Source of the DNA: Desulfatiglandales bacterium
GTDB taxonomy: Bacteria; Desulfobacterota; DSM-4660; Desulfatiglandales; Desulfatiglandaceae
Length of the DNA stretch: 64,000 bases
Assembly: GCA_963666345.1 (NCBI GenBank)
Contig: OY762721.1
Coordinates: 3,104,001-3,168,000 of the forward strand
Direction: 5' to 3'
The notes under the pieces are model-generated. The model worked only from the letters and a program-made list of their open reading frames with translations. It was not told the origin of the DNA and ran no database searches. Both the position numbers and the translations under genes were made by a program. Shown here piece by piece: positions 16,688 through 27,140 of the stretch. Numbering within the stretch: the first letter of the stretch is position 1; every line of letters begins with the position of its first letter.

Positions 16688-16802
16688 CCTATTTTCCCTG
16701 GCAATATTAAGCAAAATAGAAGAATGGAGAAAGAAACCGGGGCTGCCCTGACAAAAAGATATTGACAGGAAAGGCCGAGAGGAGTTAATAACTTAATAGT
16801 TT

Positions 16803-16818
16803 AACTAAACGTTTAGTT
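16803..16818. promoter_or_regulatory. Probable TetR operator
   Basis: Perfect palindrome AACTAAACGTTTAGTT downstream of TTGACA (16762). Confidence 0.65.
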
Positions 16819-16830
16819 TAACTTTCAGGC

Positions 16831-17517
16831 ATGGGCTCACCTTTGAAAGGAGAAAAAGTGAGGGACAAAAAGAGGCGGGAGACTGTTAACGTCATACTGG
16901 ATGCGGCCACGGAAGTGTTTGCAGAGGTGGGTTTTGCGGGTGCTCGCGTCGATGAGATAGCCGTAAAGGCCGGAGTAAACAAGGCCATGATCTATTACCA
17001 CATAGGGGACAAAAAGACCCTTTATGCGAAAGTGCTTCAAAGGGTCTTTAAAAAGACTACGGATACCATTTCTCACGATATAAGAGACGATCGTTCACCT
17101 GAAGAGAAACTTGGTACCTATGTCGGAAACATGACATCGGCAATAGAAAACAACCCGCATATCCCTCCTATCATGCTGAGGGAACTGGCCTCGGGTGGAA
17201 AATCGTTTCCTCCGGTCGTTGCCGAGGATTTTTCAAATCTTCTTTCCACCCTCTGCGGCATCTTAAGTGATGGAGTTGATAAGGGCGTTTTCATAGAGGT
17301 TTCCCCTCTGATCCTCCATTTGATGATAGTCGGTACCTTTGTTCTCAGCAGGCGGGTCGATGTCCTGACTGAACAGGTTGAGGCAAAAGGCGCCTTGCGT
17401 GAAGCCATGAAGGGAGAAGGTCCTGAAACCGTTTCGGATCTGATAAGGCGGATACTGCTTAACGGTATAATAAAAAGGGATTCAAGGATTCCAGGCTCCG
17501 AGGGTTCAAGTGGATGA
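16831..17517 (+). CDS. TetR-family regulator
   Basis: ILDAATEVFAEVGFAGARVDEIA..AGVNKAMIYYHIGDK HTH. Confidence 0.92.
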   Translation: MGSPLKGEKVRDKKRRETVNVILDAATEVFAEVGFAGARVDEIAVKAGVNKAMIYYHIGDKKTLYAKVLQRVFKKTTDTISHDIRDDRSPEEKLGTYVGNMTSAIENNPHIPPIMLRELASGGKSFPPVVAEDFSNLLSTLCGILSDGVDKGVFIEVSPLILHLMIVGTFVLSRRVDVLTEQVEAKGALREAMKGEGPETVSDLIRRILLNGIIKRDSRIPGSEGSSG

Positions 17518-18084
17518 TATTTAAGAATGGTATCGCTGCATCATCGAATCTTCTATTGTTTGTATGAACATATTTTATAGATTAAAAAATAGGGATCATC
17601 TCCAAATTAGTTGGTCGATGATCAGGATTCAAGGATTCAAGGATTCAAGGGGTCGAGGGGTCGAGGGGTCGAGGGGTCGAGGGGTCGAGGGGTCGAGTGA
17701 AAGACTTAATAATTACGATAATATGAACGTAGCCCAATATTATATTATGTCAAGACTCTATATCGCCCATAGATGGAATATAAGGCCGTTAAAGTAAATA
17801 ATGCCATCTTTTGAGCTTTTTTTATCTAAGAGTCGTGTGCTTGAGGTAAAAAAGATAATTAGTTCTTGTACTTAAATATCTTTTACTTACAGATAAAACG
17901 ATTAAAAAAAACAAACACTTGAATCCTAGAACCCTAGAATCCTTGGCCACTTTCTCCCAACTAATTGGGAGAAGAACCAAAAATAGAACCCCAATCAATT
18001 TTTCTTTGTTTTTGACTCAGGCACTTGGCCTCTTGACTCCAGGAACACTTGGACCCTCTTCGCCAACTAAGTTGGAGAAGAATT
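17477..18084. mobile_element. Octamer-repeat MITE, outer copy (interrupted; left end not identifiable)
   Basis: 17502-17592 and 17987-18084 match the internal sequence and right end of the 51405-51718 element. Confidence 0.6.
17593..17978. mobile_element. Octamer-repeat MITE, nested inner copy
   Basis: TIRs GGATCATCTCCAAATTAGTTG / CAACTAATTGGGAGAAGAACC; perfect 8-bp duplication AAAAATAG (17585-17592, 17979-17986); tandem GGATTCAA and GGGGTCGA octamers. Confidence 0.75.
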
Positions 18085-18120
18085 AACGACCCCGGAAGAT
18101 AAATTAAAGGTGAAAAGGAC

Positions 18121-19308
18121 ATGAAAAAGCTCATAAGGATATTACTCCTGATCCTCATAGTGGGCCTTGGGTTCTGGGCATACCACTCCTTTATCAAGGG
18201 CCATGGCAGGGATGATTCGTTAACCCTTTCAGGTAATATAGAGGTTACCGAGATTCGACTCGGTTTCAAGGTCTCCGGACGGATGACCGAGCGTCTTGTA
18301 GATGAGGGAGACATCGTAAGAAAAGGACAACTCGTGGCCCTGCTTGAAAATACTGATGAAAGAATAGCGGTTTCCGAGGCCGGGGCAAGACTTTCCTACG
18401 CAGAGGCGGTTGTCTCGGAGCTAGAGGCGGGCAGTCGAAAGGAGGATATAAGAAAGGCCCTGGCAATGGTGAGGGAGAAAACCGCCAGGCTCCGGGAGCT
18501 TCAAAAGGGATTCCGGAGCCAGGAGATAGAGGCGTCACGCGCTGAAGTCGAAAGGGCCAGAGCATTACTTGAAGGGGCCGGGTCTCAGCTTGAACTGGCA
18601 AGGGCGGATTATGAACGCTACAAAGACCTCAGAAAGCAGGGGGTTGTCAGCGAAAGCGAATACGATATCGTTTACAGGAGGTTCGAATCCGCTCTCAGTT
18701 CTTATGAGGAGGCAGGGGCGGGGCTCAGGAGCGCCGGGGAAAATCTGGATCTCAGACAGGAAGGAACCAGATCCGAACGAATAGCACAGGCTCGTCAGGC
18801 CCTTGAGCAGGCAGAGGCAAACTATGAGCTTGTAAAGACCGGCCCCAGGATCGAGACCATTGAACAGGCAAGGGCCCAGGCCGATGTCGCCCGCGAAGCA
18901 CTTCGCAGCGCTCAACAGAAACTCATCTATACAAAACTCTTTTCCCCTTCAGACGGTATCGTCCTGTCCAAGGCGGCCGAGCCGGGTGAGTACGTCAACC
19001 CCGGTTCTCCGGTCATAACCGTGGGCGATCTTGATAATGTGTGGCTCAGGGCCTATGTGAATGAGAAAGACATGGGCCTGGTGACCCTGGGCCGGGAGGT
19101 TGAGGTCACGACGGATGCCGGCCCCGGGAAAATCTACAAGGGAAAACTCACTTTCATAAGCAGTGAGGCGGAGTTTACCCCAAAGTCGGTCCAGACCTTT
19201 GAGGAGCGTGTGAAATTGATGTACCGGATAAAGGTGAGTATACAAAATCCAAACCGGGAGCTTAAGATAGGGCAGCCTGCCGACGCAAGATTCAGGACCG
19301 GAAGGTAG
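18121..19308 (+). CDS. HlyD/YbhG-like periplasmic adaptor
   Basis: SGNIEVTE, long coiled coil, AEFTPKSVQT. Confidence 0.92.
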   Translation: MKKLIRILLLILIVGLGFWAYHSFIKGHGRDDSLTLSGNIEVTEIRLGFKVSGRMTERLVDEGDIVRKGQLVALLENTDERIAVSEAGARLSYAEAVVSELEAGSRKEDIRKALAMVREKTARLRELQKGFRSQEIEASRAEVERARALLEGAGSQLELARADYERYKDLRKQGVVSESEYDIVYRRFESALSSYEEAGAGLRSAGENLDLRQEGTRSERIAQARQALEQAEANYELVKTGPRIETIEQARAQADVAREALRSAQQKLIYTKLFSPSDGIVLSKAAEPGEYVNPGSPVITVGDLDNVWLRAYVNEKDMGLVTLGREVEVTTDAGPGKIYKGKLTFISSEAEFTPKSVQTFEERVKLMYRIKVSIQNPNRELKIGQPADARFRTGR

Positions 19309-19312
19309 GCCC

Positions 19313-21244
19313 ATGGCCCGCTTTCACACGGCAATAGAGGCCAAAGGCCTTACAAAGCGCTTTAATGAGCTTACCGCGGTTGACGGGCTGTCCTTTGAAG
19401 TCGGACCGGGTGAAATCTTCGGACTCGTAGGGCCTGACGGTGCCGGAAAATCCACTACCCTCAGGATGCTGACCGCTATCCTGACACCATCGGAAGGGAC
19501 CGTACGGGTCGCAGGCTGTGACGTGACCGAAGACCCCCTCGGTGTAAAGGACAGGATCGCATACATGAGCCAGCGCTTTGGCCTGTACATGGACCTCACG
19601 GTAAGGGAAAACATAGAATTCTACTCGCGCCTTTACAATGTCCCCAAAAAAGGCAGAAAAAAGCGAATCGAAGAACTCCTTGACTTCAGTTACATGTTAC
19701 CCTTCAAAAACCGGAGAGCGGGAAACCTTTCAGGGGGAATGAAACAGAAACTTCAACTGATCTGCGCACTTATCCATACCCCGGAGGTCCTGCTGCTGGA
19801 TGAGCCTACGAACGGGGTCGACCCCGTAAGCAGGAGGGATTTCTGGCGCATCCTTTACCGGTTGTTGAAGCAGGGTGTCGCCATAGTGGTTACTACCGCG
19901 TATATGGACGAGGCTGAAAGATGCGGCAGGGTGGGACTGCTGGACCACGGCAGACTCCTGGCTGCAGGGTCCCCATCCGATGTAAGGGGCCTTGTAAAGG
20001 GAAAGATAATCGCCGTTCGAAGCAGTGAGGCGAGAAAGGTGAGCAGGCTGTTTTCCAGGAAAATGAGATCTGAAAGCATCAATGTGTTTGGAGATAATGT
20101 CCATGTCTTGACCTCCAATCCGTATGATACGGAAAGACAAGTGAGAGAACTGCTTGAAGCCGGGCGGATTCCATGGAATGAAATCCGAACTCAGGCCCCT
20201 TCCATGGAGGATGTCTTTGTCAGTATACTGGGAGGCAACAGTGACAAAAAAGAGATCAGGATGAAAGGAAGGGAAATTGTAAAACAGGAAATAGAAAAAA
20301 CTTCGAAGGAAAATGACTCACATGCCGTGAGCGTGAGCCGGCTTACAAAGCGCTTCGGTGATTTTACAGCGGTAAACAGCGTGAATTTTGAAGTGGCAAG
20401 AGGTGAGATATTCGGATTTCTGGGGCCTAACGGCGCGGGTAAAAGTACCGTGATAAAAATGCTTTGCGGTCTTCTTCCTCCAAGCGAAGGAAGCGGCACG
20501 GTTCATGGATTCGATGTCAATACCCAGTCCGAACAGATCAAACGCCACATAGGGTACATGAGTCAGAAGTTTTCCCTATACGAAGACCTTGCGGTCGAGG
20601 AAAACATAGATTTCTACGGCGGAATTTACGGGCTCAAAGGAGGTCGTCTTGAACAGCGAAAGGCCTGGGCGGTTGAAACGGCAGGCCTTAAAGGACATGA
20701 AAAAGATAAAACCTCGATCCTGAGCGGGGGATGGAAGCAGCGCCTGGCCATGGCCTGCGCCTGCCTGCACCAGCCTCCCGTGATATTTCTCGATGAACCC
20801 ACAAGCGGGGTGGACCCTCTGAGCCGCAGGCGCTTCTGGGACCTTATCTATGAGATGGCGGAGGCCGGAACTACGATTTTTGTGACCACCCACTACATGG
20901 AAGAGGCTGAGTACTGTGACCGGATAGCCCTCATATTCAGAGGCGACATGATCGCTCTCGGAACACCGGCTGATCTGAAGACAAAAAGAATGCGCCATAA
21001 GATACTCGATATCAAATGTCCCGATCCTGAAAGGGTGCTCGAAGCTCTGAGTTCCTTGAAATCGGTAAGGGACGCGGCCCTTTTCGGAGCGGGCATTCAC
21101 GCGGTTGTGACAGATGATGAAAAGGCTCTCAGCGAAATCGGCTGCGAACTCAAAAGACTTGGTTCCGAGCCCTATGAAATTGAAAAACGCTCTCCCACAA
21201 TGGAAGATCTCTTTGTATCTCTTATCGAAGAGGCATCCAAATGA
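19313..21244 (+). CDS. YbhF-like ABC ATPase with two nucleotide-binding domains
   Basis: GPDGAGKS / LSGGMKQ and GPNGAGKS / LSGGWKQ. Confidence 0.95.
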   Translation: MARFHTAIEAKGLTKRFNELTAVDGLSFEVGPGEIFGLVGPDGAGKSTTLRMLTAILTPSEGTVRVAGCDVTEDPLGVKDRIAYMSQRFGLYMDLTVRENIEFYSRLYNVPKKGRKKRIEELLDFSYMLPFKNRRAGNLSGGMKQKLQLICALIHTPEVLLLDEPTNGVDPVSRRDFWRILYRLLKQGVAIVVTTAYMDEAERCGRVGLLDHGRLLAAGSPSDVRGLVKGKIIAVRSSEARKVSRLFSRKMRSESINVFGDNVHVLTSNPYDTERQVRELLEAGRIPWNEIRTQAPSMEDVFVSILGGNSDKKEIRMKGREIVKQEIEKTSKENDSHAVSVSRLTKRFGDFTAVNSVNFEVARGEIFGFLGPNGAGKSTVIKMLCGLLPPSEGSGTVHGFDVNTQSEQIKRHIGYMSQKFSLYEDLAVEENIDFYGGIYGLKGGRLEQRKAWAVETAGLKGHEKDKTSILSGGWKQRLAMACACLHQPPVIFLDEPTSGVDPLSRRRFWDLIYEMAEAGTTIFVTTHYMEEAEYCDRIALIFRGDMIALGTPADLKTKRMRHKILDIKCPDPERVLEALSSLKSVRDAALFGAGIHAVVTDDEKALSEIGCELKRLGSEPYEIEKRSPTMEDLFVSLIEEASK

Positions 21245-22377
21245 TAAGCCTTAATCGATTTTACGCTATCGCGCAAAAGGAATTCATACATATTGTCAGA
21301 GACTGGCGAAGTCTCTTCCTAGCGTTGGCTATCCCCATGGTCCTCATACTTCTTTTCGGTTACGCCCTAACCCTGGATCTCAAAAATGTCCCCACCATAG
21401 TGCTTGACAGGTCGGGCTCACCTCAAAGCCGCCGGCTTTTGAGTCTCTTCGACGGATCTCCCTATTTTTCTATAACGCGGTTCTGTTATGATTACAGGGA
21501 GATCGAAGATGCCCTTGACAGGGGAAGGGCGATGCTGGCGATTGTCATACCGGGCGATTTCAGCAGAAAGCTTCTTTCCGGTAAGAATGTGAAGATCCAG
21601 GTCCTTGCGGATGGAAGCGACGCAAACAGCGCCCGGCTGGCACTGGGCTATGTGAAAAGCCTTGCAATGATATATTCGGAAAAAATCCAGGCCGAAAGGG
21701 TCAGCCTGGCAGGTAAAGACAGTGTCGCCACTCCCGTAAGACTCAACTTCAGGGCCATGTACAACCCCGACCTGAGAAGCCAGAACACCATAATCCCCGG
21801 AATACTGGCAGTGGTTATGGTCGTAATCGCCGCCATGCTTACGAGTGTTACGGTCGCCAGAGAATGGGAGACGGGCAGCATGGAACAGCTCATAAGCACC
21901 CCGGTAAGGGTGCCCGAACTGGTCCTTGGCAAGGTGGGTCCCTACTTCATAATCGGCATGGTCGATGTCGCAATTGCCGTTTTTATGGGACGCTGGCTTT
22001 TCGAAGTTCCCCTTAGAGGCAATGCAGGCCTTCTTTTTGCGGTGGCGGCAATATTTTTGACCGGGGCGCTTTTTTTCGGCATGCTTCTCAGTATCGTTCT
22101 AAAGACCCAGGTCCTTGCCAACCAGATGGCCATTCTGGGAAGTTATCTTCCTACCCTGCTTTTGAGCGGGTTTGTATTTGCAATAGAAAACATGCCGCAC
22201 CCCATTCAGATCCTTACATATATAGTGCCTGCAAGGTATTTCATAGCCCTTTTAAGGGGTATTTATCTGAAAGGAATCGGGCTTGAGACATTGTGGTTAA
22301 ACGTCCTTCTGCTGACCCTCTACGCGCTTATAATGGTCATCCTGGCAAACAGGAAGATGAGACTTTCCCTGGAGTAA
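21241..22377 (+). CDS. ABC-2 permease (YbhS-like)
   Basis: AREWETGSMEQL, multiple TM segments. Confidence 0.92.
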   Translation: MISLNRFYAIAQKEFIHIVRDWRSLFLALAIPMVLILLFGYALTLDLKNVPTIVLDRSGSPQSRRLLSLFDGSPYFSITRFCYDYREIEDALDRGRAMLAIVIPGDFSRKLLSGKNVKIQVLADGSDANSARLALGYVKSLAMIYSEKIQAERVSLAGKDSVATPVRLNFRAMYNPDLRSQNTIIPGILAVVMVVIAAMLTSVTVAREWETGSMEQLISTPVRVPELVLGKVGPYFIIGMVDVAIAVFMGRWLFEVPLRGNAGLLFAVAAIFLTGALFFGMLLSIVLKTQVLANQMAILGSYLPTLLLSGFVFAIENMPHPIQILTYIVPARYFIALLRGIYLKGIGLETLWLNVLLLTLYALIMVILANRKMRLSLE

Positions 22378-22380
22378 AAT

Positions 22381-23508
22381 ATGCTGGAACGGATTAAAAG
22401 GATGCTGGTTAAGGAGTTCCTTCAGATGCTGAGAGACCCCCGTATGAGGGTGGTGGTATTCGGCGCCCCCGTCATCCAGATGACCGTTCTTGCCTTTGCC
22501 CTGACAACTGACGTGGATCGGATAAAGATGGCGCTTATCGATTCGGACAGGAGCCCTGCCTCCAGACAGATCGTCGAGAAAATGACATCAAGCGGCCATT
22601 TCGAAATCCATGAACTGCCTGCCAAAGGGGCCGGCGACCGGCTTCTTGATGAGGGATCGGTAAGGGCGCTTATGCATCTGCCCGCGGGCCTTGGAAACGA
22701 TCTTAAACGGGGAGAAAGCGCAGGCATACAGCTGCTGGTAGACGGAACGGACAGCAACACTACCTCTATCGTACTGGCATATGCCTCTCAGATCATACAG
22801 GAATATTCAAACCGGCTGCTTGCCGAAAATCTGGAAAAGGCCCCGGGCCTTTCCGTGGTGCCGGGCCGAATCGAGATAGAGGCGCGCGCCTGGTTTAATC
22901 CGAACCTGGAATCCAGGTACTATTATGTGCCCGGACTGATCGCTGTTATGCTGCTTCTCGTCAGCATGATACTTGCCAGCATAGCGATAGTTAAAGAAAA
23001 GGAGATCGGGACCATCGAGCAGATAATGGTCACACCCATAAGCCGCCTCGAATTCATACTGGGAAAGACCATTCCCTTCATGATCACCGGTTTTATAACA
23101 ATGACGATCATGTTTATGGTGGCCATGCTTATATTCGGTATCCAGGTCCAGGGCAGCTGGCTGCTTCTGTATATACTTACCGGAGTTTATCTCGCCGGCA
23201 ATCTGGGCCTTGCCCTCCTTGTAAGCGCCGGGTCCTCCACACAGCAGCAGGCCCTGTTGACCGCCTTTTTGATCCTTATGCCCTCCATCCTTCTAAGCGG
23301 TTTCATGTTCCCCATAAGCAACATGCCTGAGCCCGTGCAGTATGTCACGTTTCTTAATCCGATGAGCTGGTATCTCGAGATATTGAGGGGCGTAGTCATG
23401 AAGGGGGTAGGCATAGAGTCCCTGTGGGGCCCTGCAGCCGCGCAGTCGGTCCTGGCATTCCTTGCAATTCTGACCGCCTCTCTGAGATTTAAGAAGACCC
23501 TGGAATAG
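22381..23508 (+). CDS. ABC-2 permease (YbhR-like)
   Basis: VKEKEIGTIEQ, multiple TM segments. Confidence 0.92.
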   Translation: MLERIKRMLVKEFLQMLRDPRMRVVVFGAPVIQMTVLAFALTTDVDRIKMALIDSDRSPASRQIVEKMTSSGHFEIHELPAKGAGDRLLDEGSVRALMHLPAGLGNDLKRGESAGIQLLVDGTDSNTTSIVLAYASQIIQEYSNRLLAENLEKAPGLSVVPGRIEIEARAWFNPNLESRYYYVPGLIAVMLLLVSMILASIAIVKEKEIGTIEQIMVTPISRLEFILGKTIPFMITGFITMTIMFMVAMLIFGIQVQGSWLLLYILTGVYLAGNLGLALLVSAGSSTQQQALLTAFLILMPSILLSGFMFPISNMPEPVQYVTFLNPMSWYLEILRGVVMKGVGIESLWGPAAAQSVLAFLAILTASLRFKKTLE

Positions 23509-23715
23509 GCAGTAAACCCGTCACCGGGGCCTGTTTTTCCCGCATAGCCCGGGAAAGACTCTCCCTTGCCTGCAGGTAATAGGACTGGAAATGTGAAGGC
23601 TTCCGTGGTAATCTCCCTGCATTAATTTGTGCACGCCCGGCCTGGCAGGATGAAATTTTTGCCCCTTGAGTTTTTCCCGGGTGAGCCTTCAAAGGTTCTT
23701 TTTGATTAACAATAA

Positions 23716-25647
23716 TTGATGGTATTTCAGATTATGCAGTCAAAGTGGGAAGATATTTATGAAGGCAAAAGGGTCACCCTTGAAAAGGCGCTCCAAGCCG
23801 TAAAAAGGGGGGCAAAGGTATTTATCGGGACGGCGTGCGCAGAACCGCAGTTTCTTTTTAACGGTCTCATAGAAAACGCCTCCAACCTGAGAGGGGTGGA
23901 ACTGCTGCACTTTGTCACCCTCGGGAAAAAGCCCTATAGTGAAAAGAGATTCGACTCAAGGTTCCGCCACAACGCATTTTTTGTGGGACCCAACAGCCGC
24001 GATGCCATAAATCAGGCAAGGGCCGATTATACGCCCGTTTTTATCTCCGAGATCCCCGACCTGTTCAGGCGGCGGATCGTATCTCTTGATGTGGCGTTGG
24101 TGCAGACTTCCTACCCCGACACCCATGGATTCGTGAGTCTCGGCATATCCGTGGATATTGTAAAGGCTGCGGTCGAATCATCAAAGGTAGTCATTGCCCA
24201 GGTAAACAGGCATATGCCCCGGACACTTGGTGAAACATTTATCCATTTAAGCGAACTCGACTTCATAGTCGAGCATGATGACCGGCTGGTTGAATTCGAA
24301 TATCCCGAACCTGACGAAGTCGGCATGAAGATCGTAGCCAATGCCTCAAAACTCATAAATGACGGGGACACCATCCATGCGGGGTTCGGTCATCTTCCCT
24401 ATGGCGTGCTGTCCCGTCTCAAGGGCAAAAGAAACCTCGGTATCCATACCGAAGTTATGAGCGACGCCATAATCGATCTTATAGAGTGCGGCGCGGTTAC
24501 GGGAAAATACAAATCGATCAACCCGGGAAAAGTAGTGTGCAGCTTTTGCATAGGAACGGAGAGGACCTATGAATATGTTAACGATAACCCACGAATTGCC
24601 TTTTTCCCTGCCGAGTATGTCTACAATCCGATCATAATAGCAGGAAATGACAGGATGGTTTCCATCGGAAGCGCGCTCGAGGTTGATCTGAGCGGTCAGA
24701 TCTGCTCCGAGTCTAAGGGCTTTCACTTTTACAGCGGAATAGGGGGAAGACTCGATTTTATAAGAGGCGCGGCCATGTCCAAGGGGGGGAAGTCGATCAT
24801 AACCCTTCCTTCCTCCACAAAGGACGGCACCCAGTCAAGAATAATGCCGCACCTTCAGGAGGGCTCCAGTGTAGTGGCGACCAGGGGCGATGTCCATTAC
24901 GTTGTGACCGAATACGGGATAGCCTATCTGCACGGCCGTTCGATAAGGGAAAGGGCCATGGCCCTTATAAATATAGCCCACCCCAAATTCAGAAAAGAAC
25001 TCCTGGAAGAGGCCAAAAGAAGGGCGTACGTCTACCCTGACCAGATCTTTATCCATACCAGGACCCATCCCTATCCGGAAGAGGAAGAAACGAGTGTGAA
25101 ACTGATTGACCATACCAAGGTGACCATACGCCCGGTAAAGCCGACGGATGAGCCGCTTCTTCAGGATTTTTTCTACTCGCACTCCGATGAAACCATTTAC
25201 AGGCGATATTTCCGCTCCGTACGCGCGATGCCTCACGCGACCGCCCAGACGCTTGTTAACGTGGATTACAAGGATACCATGGCACTTGTCGCCACCCTGG
25301 GTGCCATAGGTTTTGAAAGGATAATCGGGGTGGGCCGCTATGGGGCTGAATCCGACAGACCTGGCATGGTCGAGGTGGCCTTTACTGTACACGAAGATTA
25401 CCAGGGCAAGGGCCTTGGCGCCATACTCGTCAAGCGCCTTGAGGACTACGCGCGTCGTAAGGGCTTCAAGGGGGTGTCGGGGTATCTTTTTCAGGACAAT
25501 ACAGCCATGTTGAAGATTTTTGCAAAACAGGGCCCTTATCACGGAGAAGATTTCGAAGACGGTATATTGAGGGTCTGGCACATGTTTGATGAAAGGGAAG
25601 AGGCGGATAAGACACAACAGGCCCGGAAGGAACCGACTCCCAAATGA
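23716..25647 (+). CDS. Acetyl-CoA hydrolase/CoA-transferase fused to a C-terminal GNAT domain
   Basis: GIHTE, SGIGGRLDF, VVTEYG; then IRPVKPTDE, EVAFTVHEDYQGKGLG; start may be ATG 23734. Confidence 0.9.
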   Translation: MMVFQIMQSKWEDIYEGKRVTLEKALQAVKRGAKVFIGTACAEPQFLFNGLIENASNLRGVELLHFVTLGKKPYSEKRFDSRFRHNAFFVGPNSRDAINQARADYTPVFISEIPDLFRRRIVSLDVALVQTSYPDTHGFVSLGISVDIVKAAVESSKVVIAQVNRHMPRTLGETFIHLSELDFIVEHDDRLVEFEYPEPDEVGMKIVANASKLINDGDTIHAGFGHLPYGVLSRLKGKRNLGIHTEVMSDAIIDLIECGAVTGKYKSINPGKVVCSFCIGTERTYEYVNDNPRIAFFPAEYVYNPIIIAGNDRMVSIGSALEVDLSGQICSESKGFHFYSGIGGRLDFIRGAAMSKGGKSIITLPSSTKDGTQSRIMPHLQEGSSVVATRGDVHYVVTEYGIAYLHGRSIRERAMALINIAHPKFRKELLEEAKRRAYVYPDQIFIHTRTHPYPEEEETSVKLIDHTKVTIRPVKPTDEPLLQDFFYSHSDETIYRRYFRSVRAMPHATAQTLVNVDYKDTMALVATLGAIGFERIIGVGRYGAESDRPGMVEVAFTVHEDYQGKGLGAILVKRLEDYARRKGFKGVSGYLFQDNTAMLKIFAKQGPYHGEDFEDGILRVWHMFDEREEADKTQQARKEPTPK

Positions 25648-26999
25648 CGGCAAAAATCAAATCGGTTTTCATATGTCAGAACTGCGGGTACCAGACTCCC
25701 AAGTGGATGGGCAGATGCCCTGACTGCGGTCAGTGGAACTGCATGGTAGAAGAGCTTGAGGAAAATGAAAAGGCCGTCAAAAGGCCGTTTCTTAAGGGCC
25801 GTCCAAAGGGTATAAACAATATATCCCTTGTGTCCGAGATGAGGCTCAAGACCGGCATGGATGAATTCGACAGGACCCTGGGCGGGGGAGTAGTCCCCGG
25901 CTCCCTTATCCTTATAGGTGGAGATCCGGGCATAGGAAAATCCACCCTGATACTCCAGGCGGCGGAAAGACTGGCACAGAAGGGGCTTGTTTGCCTCTAT
26001 ATCTCAGGAGAGGAATCACCGGCGCAGATCAAGCTCAGGGCTGAAAGGCTGAACGTTAATTCCGAGAACCTCTATGTAATAACCGGAACCTGCATCGAGG
26101 CCCTATTTGAGGAGGTGGAACCTCTAAAGCCCGACCTGATGATCATAGATTCGATACAATCGGTCTACACCGATTCCCTGAACTCGGCCCCCGGCAGCGT
26201 AGGTCAATTGAGAGAGACCTCATCACGGCTCATGGTCTTTTCAAAGGAGACCGGCATCCCGGTGTTTCTGATAGGCCATGTAACCAAGGAGGGCGCGATC
26301 GCAGGTCCCAAGGTGCTCGAACACTTGGTAGACACGGTCCTCTATTTTGAAGGGGAAAGAGGGCATCTTTTCAGGGTCCTGAGGTCCGTGAAAAACCGTT
26401 ACGGATCAACTAATGAGATAGGCATCTTTGAGATGAAAGACAGCGGCCTTGCCGAGGTCGGAAACCCCTCCAGGCTTTTTCTGGAAGAGAGGCCGCAGGA
26501 TGTCTCAGGCTCCGTGGTCATCCCATGTATCGAGGGAACCAGGCCCCTGCTGCTGGAGATACAGGCCCTGGTCGGCCCAAGCCCCCTGGGCATGCCCAGA
26601 AGGACCACCCTGGGTGTTGATCACAACCGGATATCGCTGCTGGTTGCGGTGCTCGGAAAAAAGATGGGTCTGGAGCTTGGAGATCAGGACATATTCGTCA
26701 ACGTGGCAGGCGGCCTGAAAGTGGATGAGCCTGCAGCAGATCTGGGTATAATATCGGCCATGATATCCAGTTTCCTGGACAGGCCTGTGGAAAGGCATCT
26801 GGTCATGTTCGGTGAGGTCGGTCTTGCAGGAGAGATCCGGGGGGTAAGCCAGCCTGAAATGAGGATCAGGGAGGCGCGGAAACTGGGGTTTTCAAGGTGC
26901 GTCCTGGCCAAAAGCAATCTTGAAGGGTCGGCTTCCATCAAGGGTATGACACTTGACGGGGTGGAAACGATAAAGGAACTCTACGACATACTTTTTTAA
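25644..26999 (+). CDS. radA: DNA repair protein RadA/Sms
   Basis: CQNCG..CPDC zinc finger, GDPGIGKS, KNRYG. Confidence 0.97.
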   Translation: MTAKIKSVFICQNCGYQTPKWMGRCPDCGQWNCMVEELEENEKAVKRPFLKGRPKGINNISLVSEMRLKTGMDEFDRTLGGGVVPGSLILIGGDPGIGKSTLILQAAERLAQKGLVCLYISGEESPAQIKLRAERLNVNSENLYVITGTCIEALFEEVEPLKPDLMIIDSIQSVYTDSLNSAPGSVGQLRETSSRLMVFSKETGIPVFLIGHVTKEGAIAGPKVLEHLVDTVLYFEGERGHLFRVLRSVKNRYGSTNEIGIFEMKDSGLAEVGNPSRLFLEERPQDVSGSVVIPCIEGTRPLLLEIQALVGPSPLGMPRRTTLGVDHNRISLLVAVLGKKMGLELGDQDIFVNVAGGLKVDEPAADLGIISAMISSFLDRPVERHLVMFGEVGLAGEIRGVSQPEMRIREARKLGFSRCVLAKSNLEGSASIKGMTLDGVETIKELYDILF

Positions 27000-27140
27000 C
27001 GGCCCCACCGAACCTGCCGGCCGTTTAAGATCAGGTTTGCCGGTCTTGGGCAGGCACCTGATACGTAACCACCTTTTCGGAAAATCCCTTAATCTCCACA
27101 GGCGGTTTTTTTGACAGGGGCCGGGGATTTTACCCTTTTC

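Noticed and set aside
17622..17700. Tandem repeats as a CRISPR array, and ORF 17564-17797 as a gene
   Set aside because: 8-bp units with no spacers and no cas genes; the ORF is a translation of the repeat
27000..27140. C-terminal part of ORF 26892-27461 as real coding sequence
   Set aside because: No recognisable motif and the ORF runs antisense into radA
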